Origin: Capsulimonadaceae bacterium
GTDB taxonomy: Bacteria; Armatimonadota; Armatimonadia; Armatimonadales; Capsulimonadaceae
Direction of reading: 5' to 3'
DNA: 64,000 nucleotides
Assembly (NCBI GenBank): GCA_965215505.1
Contig: OZ244065.1
Span: 5,056,001-5,120,000, forward strand
The position numbers were made by a program, and so were the translations under genes. Positions 18,762-28,479 of the stretch are shown here, one piece after another. The stretch's first letter is position 1, and the number at the start of each line of letters is the position of its first letter. The notes under the pieces are model-generated. The model was given only the letters and a program-made list of their open reading frames with translations, ran no database searches and was not told where the DNA came from.

Positions 18762-20227
18762 GGTGTTCCCCGGCCCCCCGAACCCGCCCCGCCCGCGCCG
18801 GTTCCCGTCGTGCTGGTGCCCGTCGGCGTCGTCCCCGGCGCGTTCGCCCCGGCGGGGCTGGTCCCGTTCGCGCCGGTCCCGGCCGCGCCCGGTGTTGTGG
18901 CCGGAGGCGCGGGCGCAGCCGTCGGGCCACTCGGAGCGGCGGGCGTACCGCCCTCGAACGCGGCGGACAGGCCGGCCGCGGCGGCGGCAGCGTCATAGAC
19001 CGCCTGCGTGTAGGCGATGCGCGCCTGCGTCAGAGCGGCCTGCGCGTTCAGCACGTTGATTAAGGGAAACAGCCCGTTCTGGTAGCCCAGGCGCGTCTTG
19101 TCATAGGTCTCCTGGGCGATCTGCTGCGTCGCCAGGGCTGCGGCCAACTGCCGCCGCTTGCTGCCCGCCGTCAGGTAGGCGGCGCTGACACTCGCCAGCA
19201 CCGTCCGGCGCGTCGCCTCCCCCTGCGCCCGCGCGCCTGCCAACGCCGCCTGGGCCTCGCGCACCTGCTCCCGGCCCAGCCCACCGTCGGACAGCGGCAG
19301 GGTGACGGCGGCCTGCAAGGTGTCCTCACGGGAGAACGAGGTCACGTCCTTGGAACGGATGTCGATGGCCTGGAGCGAAAGCGTCGGCTCGCGGAACAGC
19401 CGGGCGGCGGACAGCGCGGCCTCGTCGGCGCGCACCGTGGCGTCGGCGGCGCGGACGTCCGGGCTGCGCTGCACAGCCAGACTGCGCGCCTGTTCCAGCG
19501 TGTAAGAAGTCACGGGGGCGACGGCGTCCACGTCGGCGACGGCGATGTCGGCATCGAGGCTCCGACCCAGAACGCTGTTGAGCGCCTGCCGTGCGACGGC
19601 CAGGTCGTTCTCCGCCCCGTCCAGCGCGGCCTGGGCGGAGGCCGCCGGGACCTGCGCTTGCAGCACGTCGAGCTGTGCCACGTCGCCCGCCGCCTGCCGC
19701 TTCTGGGCGTCGCCGAGTGCGCGCAGGTCGGAGGCCAATGTTTCCTGGGCGACGGCCAGAAGTGCCTGCTTCCGCAGCAGGTCGAAGTAGGCCGAAGCCA
19801 CCTGTGCGGACAAGGCCAGCCGCGCCGAGTCGTACTGCGCCTGCGCGGCCCCGAACTGCTGCTGTGCCTGCGTGATGGCGAGGCCCGGCCGCGCGCCCAG
19901 CGGAAGCGGCAGGGTCAGGGTGTTTTGCAGGGTGCCGAACGTCTCCTGGGCGGGGGGCGGCTGGTAGACATTGGCGTTCGACAGGGAGGCGGTGCTGTTG
20001 AAAGTGATCTGGAGCCGACGCTGCGCCTGCGCCTGGCCGACACGGGCGCGGGCCTGTGCCAGAGCCTGGGCGGCGCTGGTGAGTGTGGGGCTGGACTGAG
20101 CGGCCAGGGCACTTGCCTGCGCCAGAGTCAGCGGCCCGGTGGCGGCGGCGACCTGTGCCAAAGCCGGCCCAGCCCAGAGGGCGGGCCAGGTCGTCAGGAG
20201 TAGAAGCTGCGACGGGGTCTTTCTCAT
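18758..20227 (-). CDS. TolC family outer membrane efflux protein
   Basis: Signal peptide, VASAYFDLL, GDVAQLDVLQAQ, YQNGL..LINVLNAQ repeats. Confidence 0.9.
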   Translation of the reverse strand: MRKTPSQLLLLTTWPALWAGPALAQVAAATGPLTLAQASALAAQSSPTLTSAAQALAQARARVGQAQAQRRLQITFNSTASLSNANVYQPPPAQETFGTLQNTLTLPLPLGARPGLAITQAQQQFGAAQAQYDSARLALSAQVASAYFDLLRKQALLAVAQETLASDLRALGDAQKRQAAGDVAQLDVLQAQVPAASAQAALDGAENDLAVARQALNSVLGRSLDADIAVADVDAVAPVTSYTLEQARSLAVQRSPDVRAADATVRADEAALSAARLFREPTLSLQAIDIRSKDVTSFSREDTLQAAVTLPLSDGGLGREQVREAQAALAGARAQGEATRRTVLASVSAAYLTAGSKRRQLAAALATQQIAQETYDKTRLGYQNGLFPLINVLNAQAALTQARIAYTQAVYDAAAAAAGLSAAFEGGTPAAPSGPTAAPAPPATTPGAAGTGANGTSPAGANAPGTTPTGTSTTGTGAGGAGSGGRGTP

Positions 20228-20314
20228 GCGGTCGTCAGGTCACGGCGGCGGACGCCGGAAGGGGGTTGTTCTGGGACTAGGGACCGTCGTCGCTCCCGTT
20301 CGCCCTGCCCCGCT

Positions 20315-20351
20315 AGTATACTCGGCTCACATGAGAGCAACATGAAAGCGC
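20315..20351 (-). promoter_or_regulatory. candidate response-regulator-activated promoter of the tolC-mfp-rnd operon
   Basis: Minus-strand TATACT (20315-20320) preceded by 11-bp tandem repeats CATGAGAGCAA/CATGAAAGCGC (20330-20351) in place of a -35. Confidence 0.55.
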
Positions 20352-20363
20352 GCTGAGGGGCTG

Positions 20364-21800
20364 TTAATCTTCCGGAAGGGTCACGATGAACCGGCTGCCG
20401 CGCCCTGGCTCGCTCTCCGCTTCCACCTGCCCTCCGTGCGCCCGGACGATGCTCTGGACGATGGACAGGCCGAGGCCGCTGCCGCCCGTGTTGGCGCGGG
20501 ACTTGTCGCCTCGGAAGAAGCGGTCGAAAACGTGCGGCAGATCTTCGGGGGAGATGCCGACGCCGGTGTCGGCGACGCACAGACGGCATTTACCCCCGGC
20601 ATCGGTTATGGAAACACGGACCTCGCCGCCCGGCGGCGTATAGGCCAGCGCGTTCTCTATCAGGTTCCGCACCATCCGGCGCAGCGCGTCCCCGTCGCCG
20701 CGCAGGGCCGCCTCGCCGTCCGCCTCGAAAACCAGGCGCAGGCCCGCCTCCTGCGCCCGCCTCTGCATCGCCGCAGTCACCTCGGAGGCCAGTGCGGCGA
20801 GGGAGATGGAAACGCGCGGACACGCCGGCCCCGCATCGCCGCGCGCCAGGAAGCCCAGGCTCTCGACGATGCGGGCCATCCGCAGCACTTCCTCCAGGCC
20901 GCTCTCCAGCGTCCTCCGGTACTCCGGGGCGGCCCGCTCGCGCGACAGGGCCAGCTCGAACTCGCCGCGCAGGATGGTGAGCGGCGTCCGCAGCTCGTGG
21001 GAGGCGTCGGCGGTGAACTGCCGCTGGCCGGTGAAGGCCGCCGACAGCCGGGCCAGCATGCCGTTGAGGGCCGTGACGAGGTGGCCGATCTCGTCGTCCG
21101 AGTGCGCGTGCCGGCTGAGGAGGACGGGTCCCAGCCGCTCCGCCGTCAGCGTTTCGGCCTCGGTGACGATGTGGTCGATCGGGCGCAGGGCGCGACCCAC
21201 CAGCAGCCAGCCCCCGACGCCGGACAGCACCAGGAACAGCAGGCCGGCCAGGACAAGCCCGGTGAGCAGGCGCGCGAGCAGGTCCTCGGCGGGGTCCCAC
21301 GGCGCGGCGACTTGCAGGAGGGCGGAGGAGCGCGGGAGGGCGATCGTGAGGCAGCGCATCCGGTCGTCGTCCCCCTTCCCGGCGAAGACCGGGCCGTGCG
21401 CGGCGGGCGGCAGCGCCCGGAGGGAGGCGAGGAAGACGGGCTGGGCTGCCAGATCGGGCGAGAGGGCGTCCGTCCGCCCGGTGTCGGTACGCACCAGGCG
21501 CAAATAGAGGGGGTCGGCCCCGATGCCCGGCAGCATGGCGGGCGCGAGGCGCGACGCCGCCACGACGACGGCCGGGCGGGGCGGGGGCCTGTCATCCGCA
21601 TCATCGAGCCGTCGCAGGACCTGTGCTGCGCCGTCCCCCAGCGCCTGGTCAGTCTCGCGCACCAGAGCTTCGCGGACCAACCCGTAGCACAGCGCCGCGC
21701 TGGGCAGGAGGATCAGTGTCACGGTCAGCAGGGACCAGGCGGTGAGCTGGAACCGGAGTGATCTCGCCCAGGGGGGCATCAGCCGGTGGGAAAGCGTCAT
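20364..21800 (-). CDS. sensor histidine kinase (HAMP-HisKA-HATPase, CusS/CzcS-like)
   Basis: FTADASHELRTPL, NLIENALAYT, DTGVGI, FDRFFR, GSGLGLSI. Confidence 0.95.
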   Translation of the reverse strand: MTLSHRLMPPWARSLRFQLTAWSLLTVTLILLPSAALCYGLVREALVRETDQALGDGAAQVLRRLDDADDRPPPRPAVVVAASRLAPAMLPGIGADPLYLRLVRTDTGRTDALSPDLAAQPVFLASLRALPPAAHGPVFAGKGDDDRMRCLTIALPRSSALLQVAAPWDPAEDLLARLLTGLVLAGLLFLVLSGVGGWLLVGRALRPIDHIVTEAETLTAERLGPVLLSRHAHSDDEIGHLVTALNGMLARLSAAFTGQRQFTADASHELRTPLTILRGEFELALSRERAAPEYRRTLESGLEEVLRMARIVESLGFLARGDAGPACPRVSISLAALASEVTAAMQRRAQEAGLRLVFEADGEAALRGDGDALRRMVRNLIENALAYTPPGGEVRVSITDAGGKCRLCVADTGVGISPEDLPHVFDRFFRGDKSRANTGGSGLGLSIVQSIVRAHGGQVEAESEPGRGSRFIVTLPED

Positions 21801-22462
21801 CCGAGCTGATACCCCACATGGCGCAGGGTGCGGATCAGCTTGCGGTCCGCCTCACGGTCTATCTTCGCGCGCAGGTAGCTGATGTAGACGTCAATGACGT
21901 TCGAGCCGCTGTCGAAGTCGAACCCCCAGACGTGGTCGGCGATCATGGCGCGCGTGACCGGGCGGCGGGCGTTCCGCATCAGATAGTCCAGCAGGGCGTA
22001 CTCGCGGGCACTCAGGTCGAAGGCGCGTCCGCCCCGGTGGGCGAGCCGCGTCCGGGTATCCAGCGTCAGGTCCTCGACGGACAGCAGGGCCGCCCCCCGC
22101 CCCTCGCGGCGGCGCAGCAGGGCGCGGACGCGGGCCAGCAGCTCCTCGATGGAGAACGGCTTGGTCAAGTAGTCGTCCGCGCCCGCGTCCAGCCCGGCCA
22201 CCTTGTCCCCCAGGCCGTCGCGGGCCGTCACCATCAGGATCGCCGTCGTGTCCCCTTCGGCCCGCAGCAGGCGGCAGAACTCCTGCCCGGTCAGGCCGGG
22301 CAGCAGGTGGTCCAGTACGACGACGTCGTACCCCGCCGCCCGCGTCCGTTCCAGGCCGGTCAGACCGTCACGGGCGATGTCGGCGGCGTAGCCCGACTCT
22401 TCCAGGGCCTGCTTCAAAAAAGAAGCGACTTTTTCTTCGTCTTCGACGACCAGGACGCGCAT
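21797..22462 (-). CDS. OmpR-family response regulator (CusR/CzcR-like)
   Basis: VLVVEDE, GADDYLTKPF, SNVIDVYISYLRAKID, LIRTLRHVGY. Confidence 0.95.
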   Translation of the reverse strand: MRVLVVEDEEKVASFLKQALEESGYAADIARDGLTGLERTRAAGYDVVVLDHLLPGLTGQEFCRLLRAEGDTTAILMVTARDGLGDKVAGLDAGADDYLTKPFSIEELLARVRALLRRREGRGAALLSVEDLTLDTRTRLAHRGGRAFDLSAREYALLDYLMRNARRPVTRAMIADHVWGFDFDSGSNVIDVYISYLRAKIDREADRKLIRTLRHVGYQLG

Positions 22463-22477
22463 AATTTAGAACTTGAT

Positions 22478-23521
22478 TCAGAAGTCGTACTTGCCGATGT
22501 TGTCCTTGTTGAAGATCAAAATATCGCCCAGCAGGATGTTGTCGCCGACGATCTTCTTCTCGCCCAGCCGGCCCGCTTTGAAGCTGGTCGCGCCGGGCTT
22601 CAGCGTGCCTTTCGCGACGGCCTCGGCGGCGTAAATGGTGAGATACCCCAGGTCCTGGGTGTTCCACAGGATGACCGACTTGACGGTGCCGTCCTGCACA
22701 TAAGCCTTCATGGCGTTAGGCGTGGACAGCCCGGTCACCAGCACCTGCCCGCCCTTGCCGGCCTGCCTGACGGCCTCGGCCGCGCCGGGGAAGGCGACCG
22801 AGCTGATGCCGAAGACGCCCTTCAAGTCAGGATACGTCTTGATGAGGTCCTGCGTTACCTGGAAGGCCACGTTCTGGTCCTCGTTGCAGGGCTTGACGGC
22901 GGCCAGTTCCAGCTTGGGGTACTTCAGCAGCCGAATTTTGATGTATCTGATCCACTCGTTCTGGTTCGCCGCCGTTGATGCCGCCGTGACGACGGCTACC
23001 TTGCCGACGGCTTTGTCGGCACCGCCCATGTCCTTGACCATCGTGTCTACCAGGGCGTTCGCGATCTGCTCGGACGTGGCCTGGTTGACGAAGAAGTCGC
23101 GCGCCCCCGGCTGCCCGTCGGCGTCCCAGGTCAGCACATGGACTCCTTTGGCCCTGGCCGCCGTCATGGCTGGGGCGAGGACGCTGGGGTCGTTGGGTGA
23201 GACGGCGATCACGTCCGCGCCTTTGAGGGTCCAGGTTTCGATGAGCGAAGCCGCCTTTTCGGGTGCCCCGTCGGTTGGCCCGTCGTAGGTCAGGTCCACG
23301 TCGCCGAGTTCCTTGGCCGCCGCCTGCGCGCCGTCGTTGCAGGAGGAGAAGTAGGCGATGCCCTTCTTCTTCGGCAGCAAATAGACGCTGACCCTCTTGC
23401 CGCCCGACACGGCGGGGGCGGAGGGGCCGCCGGGAGGCGAAGCGTCGTTGTGCGGGCCGCAGCCGGCGGTCAGAGCGAGGCCGCTAAGAAGGAGGGGCAG
23501 AGCGCGGATGATGGTTGGCAT
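22478..23521 (-). CDS. sugar ABC transporter substrate-binding lipoprotein (rhamnose/AI-2 LsrB-like)
   Basis: LTAGC lipobox, PKKKGIAYF, YDGPT, AVSPND, TWDAD, LWNTQDLGY. Confidence 0.9.
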   Translation of the reverse strand: MPTIIRALPLLLSGLALTAGCGPHNDASPPGGPSAPAVSGGKRVSVYLLPKKKGIAYFSSCNDGAQAAAKELGDVDLTYDGPTDGAPEKAASLIETWTLKGADVIAVSPNDPSVLAPAMTAARAKGVHVLTWDADGQPGARDFFVNQATSEQIANALVDTMVKDMGGADKAVGKVAVVTAASTAANQNEWIRYIKIRLLKYPKLELAAVKPCNEDQNVAFQVTQDLIKTYPDLKGVFGISSVAFPGAAEAVRQAGKGGQVLVTGLSTPNAMKAYVQDGTVKSVILWNTQDLGYLTIYAAEAVAKGTLKPGATSFKAGRLGEKKIVGDNILLGDILIFNKDNIGKYDF

Positions 23522-23582
23522 GATGGGTTCCTCGTTGATAGGGGGGCGCATACGTCTGGCAAGAGGGCGCACACGGATTGGG

Positions 23583-23654
23583 AGGGCGCACACGCAGGTG
23601 CGCCCCTACGGGCGAGGGCCTACGCCCGTAGGGGCCGACCTGCGTGTCGGCCCT
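23583..23654. repeat. GTAG-type REP doublet, family D (copy 1)
   Basis: AGGGCGCACACGCAGGTGCGCCCCTAC ... GTAGGGGCCGACCTGCGTGTCGGCCCT; degenerate partial units at about 23544 and 23564. Confidence 0.85.
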
Positions 23655-23668
23655 TCTTTCGGGGGCGG

Positions 23669-24640
23669 TCATCTCCTTCTCGGCGCGAGCAGGCTGTCGG
23701 CCAGCACGGACAGGAGCAGCAGCGCGCCGATGACGATCAGGTTCAGCTCGTCCCGCGCGTACTGCCAGGTGACGAACTCGCGCGTCTCGTGGATGAGCAG
23801 GACGCCCAATACCGTCCCCAGCAGGCGGCCCCGCCCGCCGAAGATGCTGGTGCCGCCCAGGACGACGGCGGTGATGACGTCAAGCTCCATGCCCGTCCCG
23901 ATGTCCGCCTTGGCCGTGTTGCGGCGGGCGACGAACAGCAGGGCCGCGACGGCTGCCGTCAGGCCCGAGGCCGTGTAGAGCCACAATTTGATCCGCGTCA
24001 CGGCCAGCCCCGAGTAGCGCGAGGCTGTCTCATTGTAGCCGATGGCGGACAGCCGCAGGCCGAGCGGCGTCCGCGCCAGCAGGATCGCCGTGACCAGCAG
24101 GGCGGTCAGGAACAGCACGCCGGGGATGGGCAGGCCCAGCAGAGTGCCCTGGCCCAGCCGCGCGAAGCCCGCCGGGAAGCCGGAGAACGGCCTGCCCAGG
24201 CTGATGCCCTCGGCGATGCCCCGGTAGGCGGCCAGAGTCGCCAGCGTGACGATTAAAGGGTGGACCCGGACATGGGCGATGAACACGCCGTTCAGCATCC
24301 CGGCCGCCGCGCCGGTCAGCAGGGCAGCCAGCGCGCCCAGCCACACGGGGAGGCCGTGCGCGAAGCACAGCCCGAAGACGACGGCGGACAGGGCCATGGT
24401 CGAGCCGACCGAGAGGTCAATGCCCGCCGTCAGGATGATCAAAGTCATCGGCAGGGCCAGCAGGGCCAGCTCCCAGACGTGCGTGGACAGCTCGATCTGC
24501 GCGGGCGCGGCCAGGAAGGCGGGACTGAGGCGGTCCGCCGTCAGCAGCAGGCCGACCAGTAGCAGCAGCAGGACGGCCTCCTGCCGCACGGAGGCCAGGA
24601 GCCGCAGCCAGGGGTGGGGCAGGGCGCGCGGGGCGATCAT
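23669..24640 (-). CDS. sugar ABC transporter permease
   Basis: AGIDLSVGS, PLIVTLAT, AIGYNETASRYSG, ELDVITAVVLGGTSIFGG; start MIAPR overlaps the upstream stop. Confidence 0.93.
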   Translation of the reverse strand: MIAPRALPHPWLRLLASVRQEAVLLLLLVGLLLTADRLSPAFLAAPAQIELSTHVWELALLALPMTLIILTAGIDLSVGSTMALSAVVFGLCFAHGLPVWLGALAALLTGAAAGMLNGVFIAHVRVHPLIVTLATLAAYRGIAEGISLGRPFSGFPAGFARLGQGTLLGLPIPGVLFLTALLVTAILLARTPLGLRLSAIGYNETASRYSGLAVTRIKLWLYTASGLTAAVAALLFVARRNTAKADIGTGMELDVITAVVLGGTSIFGGRGRLLGTVLGVLLIHETREFVTWQYARDELNLIVIGALLLLSVLADSLLAPRRR

Positions 24641-25635
24641 GGCCGGTTCCCCCGCGCCGAGCGTCGGCCCAGATGGTCTGCCAGCACGGCGGCCAGGATG
24701 AAAGCGCCCTGGATGGCCTTTTCCCAGAACGCCGCCGACTCGTTCAGCCGCAGGAAGACCAGCATGGGGCGGACCAGGCCGAGCAGCAGGGCGGCAAGGA
24801 CCGAGCCGAGAATCGTCCCGCGCCCGCCGCTGATGGAGGTGCCGCCGACCACGACGCAGGTGACGACCAGCAGCTCGAAGCCCGACCCGATGCCCGACTC
24901 GATGACCGAGAGGCGGGGGACGCTGACGACGGCGGCAACGGCGGTCAGGAAGCCCGTCAGGGTGAAGACGAACAGCTTCAAGCGCGGCAAAGACAGCCCG
25001 GTCAGCCGCGCCGCTTCGGGGTTGCTGCCCGCCGCATAAAGGCGCCGCCCGAGCGGCGTCTCCCGCGCCAGCCCGACCGCCAGCAGTGTCACGGCCAGGG
25101 CGGTCCACACGCTGTAGGGGACGGCCAGGAGCGTCCCCAGGCCGAGGGCGCGCAGGCCCGGCGGCATGTCGGTGATCTCCGAGCCGTTCAGGAGGGTCAA
25201 CTGAACCCCGTGCAGGACCGTCAGCATCCCCAGGGTCACGATGATGGAGGGCATCCGGCCCGCCGTCACCAGCAGGCCGTTCGTCAGCCCCAGGACGGTG
25301 CCGAGCAGCAGCGTCAGGCCGACGCCCAGGACGACCGGCAGGTGCGCGTGGGTGGGGGACGTGAGCTGTCCCAGCACGGCCGCCAGCAGGCCGAGCTGCG
25401 CGCCGACCGAGATGTCTATCTCGCCCAGGACGATCACGAAGGTCAGCCCGCAGGCGACGATGACCGTCGGGGCCGCCGAAACCAGCATGTCCCGCAGGTT
25501 GCCGGGCGCGACGAAGGCCGGGTTGATCAGCCCGACGGCCAGCAAGGTTACCAGCAGCAAGGCCAGCACGCCCCATTCGCGCCGCCAGGCCACCCGGAAA
25601 GATGGGAGCCTTCGTGCCGCCGACTGTGTCGTCAT
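24637..25635 (-). CDS. sugar ABC transporter permease
   Basis: GEIDISVGA, PSIIVTLG, AAGSNPEAARLTG, VVVGGTSISGG. Confidence 0.93.
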   Translation of the reverse strand: MTTQSAARRLPSFRVAWRREWGVLALLLVTLLAVGLINPAFVAPGNLRDMLVSAAPTVIVACGLTFVIVLGEIDISVGAQLGLLAAVLGQLTSPTHAHLPVVLGVGLTLLLGTVLGLTNGLLVTAGRMPSIIVTLGMLTVLHGVQLTLLNGSEITDMPPGLRALGLGTLLAVPYSVWTALAVTLLAVGLARETPLGRRLYAAGSNPEAARLTGLSLPRLKLFVFTLTGFLTAVAAVVSVPRLSVIESGIGSGFELLVVTCVVVGGTSISGGRGTILGSVLAALLLGLVRPMLVFLRLNESAAFWEKAIQGAFILAAVLADHLGRRSARGNRP

Positions 25636-27140
25636 GCCGCCACCGATGGTCCGCCCGGAAGCGCCAGGGCCAAGATCTTCTCCTCCGTCGCCCCGGCGCG
25701 CGGCACCTCGCCCGCGATGCGCCCCTCGCGCATGACCAGGATGCGGTCGCTGAGGGCCAGTATCTCCGGCAGGTCCGAGGAGATCACCAGGGTCGCCATG
25801 CCGTCCCGCGCGAGCCGTCGAATCAGGCGGTAGACCTCCGCCTTCGCGCCCACGTCCACGCCGCGCGTCGGCTCATCCAGCAGCAGGACGCGCGGCCTGG
25901 TCGCCAGCCATTTGCCTAAAGAGAGCTTCTGCTGGTTGCCGCCCGAAAGCGTGTTTGCCGCCGCGTCCGGCCCGGCGGCCTTGACCGCGAGGCTCTGCAT
26001 CAGGTCCGCGACGACGGCTCTTTCCCGGCGTGGCGAGCGGAATCCCGCCGCCGTCAGCGAGCCTTGCACGGCGAGCAGAAGGTTCTGGCCGACCGAGAGG
26101 GGCAGGACCAGCCCCTCCCGCTGCCGGTCCTCGGGGACCAGGGCGACGCCGTGCGCCAGGGAGGCGGCGACCGAGCCGGGCGGGAGCCGTTCGCCGCCGA
26201 CCGTCACCGTGCCGGATGTCGGAGCCTCGACCCCGAAGATGGCCGTGGCGACCTCGGACCGGCCCGCGCCGATCAGGCCGGCCAGCCCGACGATCTCGCC
26301 GGCCCGGAGCGTAAACGACACATCGGCGAACCGCCCCGTCCGCCCCAGCCCGCGCACGTCCAGTCGGACCGCGCCCGCCTCCCCTATTGCCTCCGGTCGC
26401 TCCTCCGCTTGCAGCTCGCGCCCCACCATCCGCCGGACTAATTCGTCCCGGCTCATGTCGGCAATGGGATAAGTGCCCACCAAACGCCCGTCGCGCAGGA
26501 CCGTCACTCGGCTCGCCAGGGCGTACACTTCCTCCAAGCGGTGGCTGATGTAGAGGACAGCGACTCTCTCGCTTTGGATCTGCCGGAGGATGCGGAATAG
26601 GGTCTGCGTCTCGCGGGCGGACAGGGAGGCCGTCGGCTCGTCCAATATCAGCAGGCGGCTCCGGTGAGACAGGGCGCGGGCCAGACCGACCATCTGCCGC
26701 TGCGCCAGTGGCAATTCTTCCAGAGGCCGGTGCAGGTCCAGCGTCTCGCCCAGCCTGTCCAGAAGCGCCTTCGCCTCGCGCTCCATGCGCGGCCTGTCCA
26801 ATACTCCGAACGCCCGGCGCGGCTCGCGGCCCACGAAGATGTTGTCCAGGGCGCTCAGGTGGGGGAAGGCCGTTGACTCCTGGTGCAGCGCGGCGATGCC
26901 CGCCGCCTCCGCCGCGCGCAGGTCGCCCGGCGGCAGGGCCTCGCCATTGATGCGAACCGTCCCGCCGTCGGGCCGAACCGCGCCGGAGAGGCACTTGATG
27001 AAGGTGGACTTGCCCGCGCCGTTCTCGCCGAGCAGCGCGTGGACCTCGCCCGGCGCGATGCTCAGGCCGACGCCTTCGAGCGCGCGGACGCCGCCGTAAG
27101 CTTTGCTCAGGCCGGTGACTTCGAGAAACGGCGGGTTCAT
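25632..27140 (-). CDS. sugar ABC transporter ATP-binding protein (two ABC domains)
   Basis: GENGAGKST, ILDEPTASL, ISHRLEE, LSGGNQQK, DEPTRGVDVGAK. Confidence 0.96.
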   Translation of the reverse strand: MNPPFLEVTGLSKAYGGVRALEGVGLSIAPGEVHALLGENGAGKSTFIKCLSGAVRPDGGTVRINGEALPPGDLRAAEAAGIAALHQESTAFPHLSALDNIFVGREPRRAFGVLDRPRMEREAKALLDRLGETLDLHRPLEELPLAQRQMVGLARALSHRSRLLILDEPTASLSARETQTLFRILRQIQSERVAVLYISHRLEEVYALASRVTVLRDGRLVGTYPIADMSRDELVRRMVGRELQAEERPEAIGEAGAVRLDVRGLGRTGRFADVSFTLRAGEIVGLAGLIGAGRSEVATAIFGVEAPTSGTVTVGGERLPPGSVAASLAHGVALVPEDRQREGLVLPLSVGQNLLLAVQGSLTAAGFRSPRRERAVVADLMQSLAVKAAGPDAAANTLSGGNQQKLSLGKWLATRPRVLLLDEPTRGVDVGAKAEVYRLIRRLARDGMATLVISSDLPEILALSDRILVMREGRIAGEVPRAGATEEKILALALPGGPSVAA

Positions 27141-27244
27141 AAGTGCGTCATGGTAACACGACTGCCGCCGTCTGTCAAGCCGCTTGCCTGTGATTTATCG
27201 CACGGGGTACAATCACCTCAGTAGGTGCAGAAGGGGAAGAGCGG

Positions 27245-27724
27245 ATGGCTTCGATGGACGACATGGGGGACAACCCGGACTGGACGGCGGGGATCGCCGA
27301 GCGCAAGATACAGGACGCCATTGACGAGGGCCTGTTCGACAACCTGCCGGGGCGGGGCAAGCCGCTCGACCTGTCCGTGAACCCGTTCGAGCCGCCCGGC
27401 ATGGGGGCGGTCAACCGGCTGCTCAAGCACAACAAGGTGCTTCCGCTCTGGCTGCTGCTGGAACAGGAGATCGAGGCTTCGCGCGCCCTGGCCCTCGCGA
27501 CCCTCGCCCGCTGGGAGGCGTCCGAGCCGGGCCTGCGCGAGACAGCGGACTATCCGCGCCTGCGGGGGGCGGCGCGCGAAGCCTACGCGCGGCACCTGAA
27601 GCAGACCAACGACCTGATTCTGAAGTACAACTATTCCAGCCCATTCGCCCACCGCGCCCCCATCCCGTTCATGCTGCGGCGTCGGCTGGAGGAGTTCGAC
27701 GCGCAGTACGGGGTGGGGCGCTAG
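27245..27724 (+). CDS. DUF1992 (DnaJ-family-associated) domain protein
   Basis: IAERKIQDAIDEGLFDNLPGRGKPL...LK..KVLP.W motif. Confidence 0.85.
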   Translation: MASMDDMGDNPDWTAGIAERKIQDAIDEGLFDNLPGRGKPLDLSVNPFEPPGMGAVNRLLKHNKVLPLWLLLEQEIEASRALALATLARWEASEPGLRETADYPRLRGAAREAYARHLKQTNDLILKYNYSSPFAHRAPIPFMLRRRLEEFDAQYGVGR

Positions 27725-27735
27725 AGCAAGGCCGT

Positions 27736-28374
27736 TTACTCAGCCCCGAACAGGCGGGGGTAGCAGAGCTTCATGGTGTTCAGGTCACGCGGCGTGACGG
27801 GCCGGGCGGGGGCGGGCAGGTGTTCCCCCTGCGCCGAGTAGTAGCGCGGTGCGGAGGGGTACATCAGGTCGGCGGTGTCGTCGCTGTGGCCCTGGATGCC
27901 GAGGGCGTGGCCGAACTCGTGCGCGGCCACCGAGCGCAGCTCGCTCGGCAGGGCGTCCCCGGTCGCCAGCCGCATGTCGGCGTGCCGCAGGGTCGCGCCG
28001 TAGTAGCGGATGTCGGTCAGGCCGACCGCGCCGTTGCCGCCCGGCACGGCCTCGGCGGTCGTGAACCGGACCACGATGTCGGCCTTGTCGGGCGCGTTGA
28101 CGACGAGGTAATGGATGACGCCGCCCGTGGAATGCACCCACGAGTCGAATCCGGCCAGCGCGTCCTTCCCGTTCTGCTCCTCTTCGGGGCTGTGCGTGGC
28201 GACGAAGACGCGGACGGGCATGCGCGGCCAGTGCAGCAGGCGAACGATGGTAGGCGCGTGGGCGTAGTCGGGTGCGGCGGGCGGGGCCTGGGCGGAACAG
28301 GGGACTACGGCGAGGCCGACGGACAGGGCCAGCAGGAGGCGGAAAGGGCGCGGAAGACGCGGAATGAGGTTCAT
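27736..28374 (-). CDS. matrixin-family (metzincin) secreted metalloprotease
   Basis: Signal peptide; HEFGHALGIQGHS zinc motif; Met-turn LMYP. Confidence 0.9.
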   Translation of the reverse strand: MNLIPRLPRPFRLLLALSVGLAVVPCSAQAPPAAPDYAHAPTIVRLLHWPRMPVRVFVATHSPEEEQNGKDALAGFDSWVHSTGGVIHYLVVNAPDKADIVVRFTTAEAVPGGNGAVGLTDIRYYGATLRHADMRLATGDALPSELRSVAAHEFGHALGIQGHSDDTADLMYPSAPRYYSAQGEHLPAPARPVTPRDLNTMKLCYPRLFGAE

Positions 28375-28479
28375 GGGTAGTCATACGCGGGTTTCGCGCG
28401 GAATGTCGCGCGGCTTTGCCGATTAAAAAGTATGCCGGAGTAGAGTATAATCATTTACGACAGTAAGAAAGTCTGTAAT

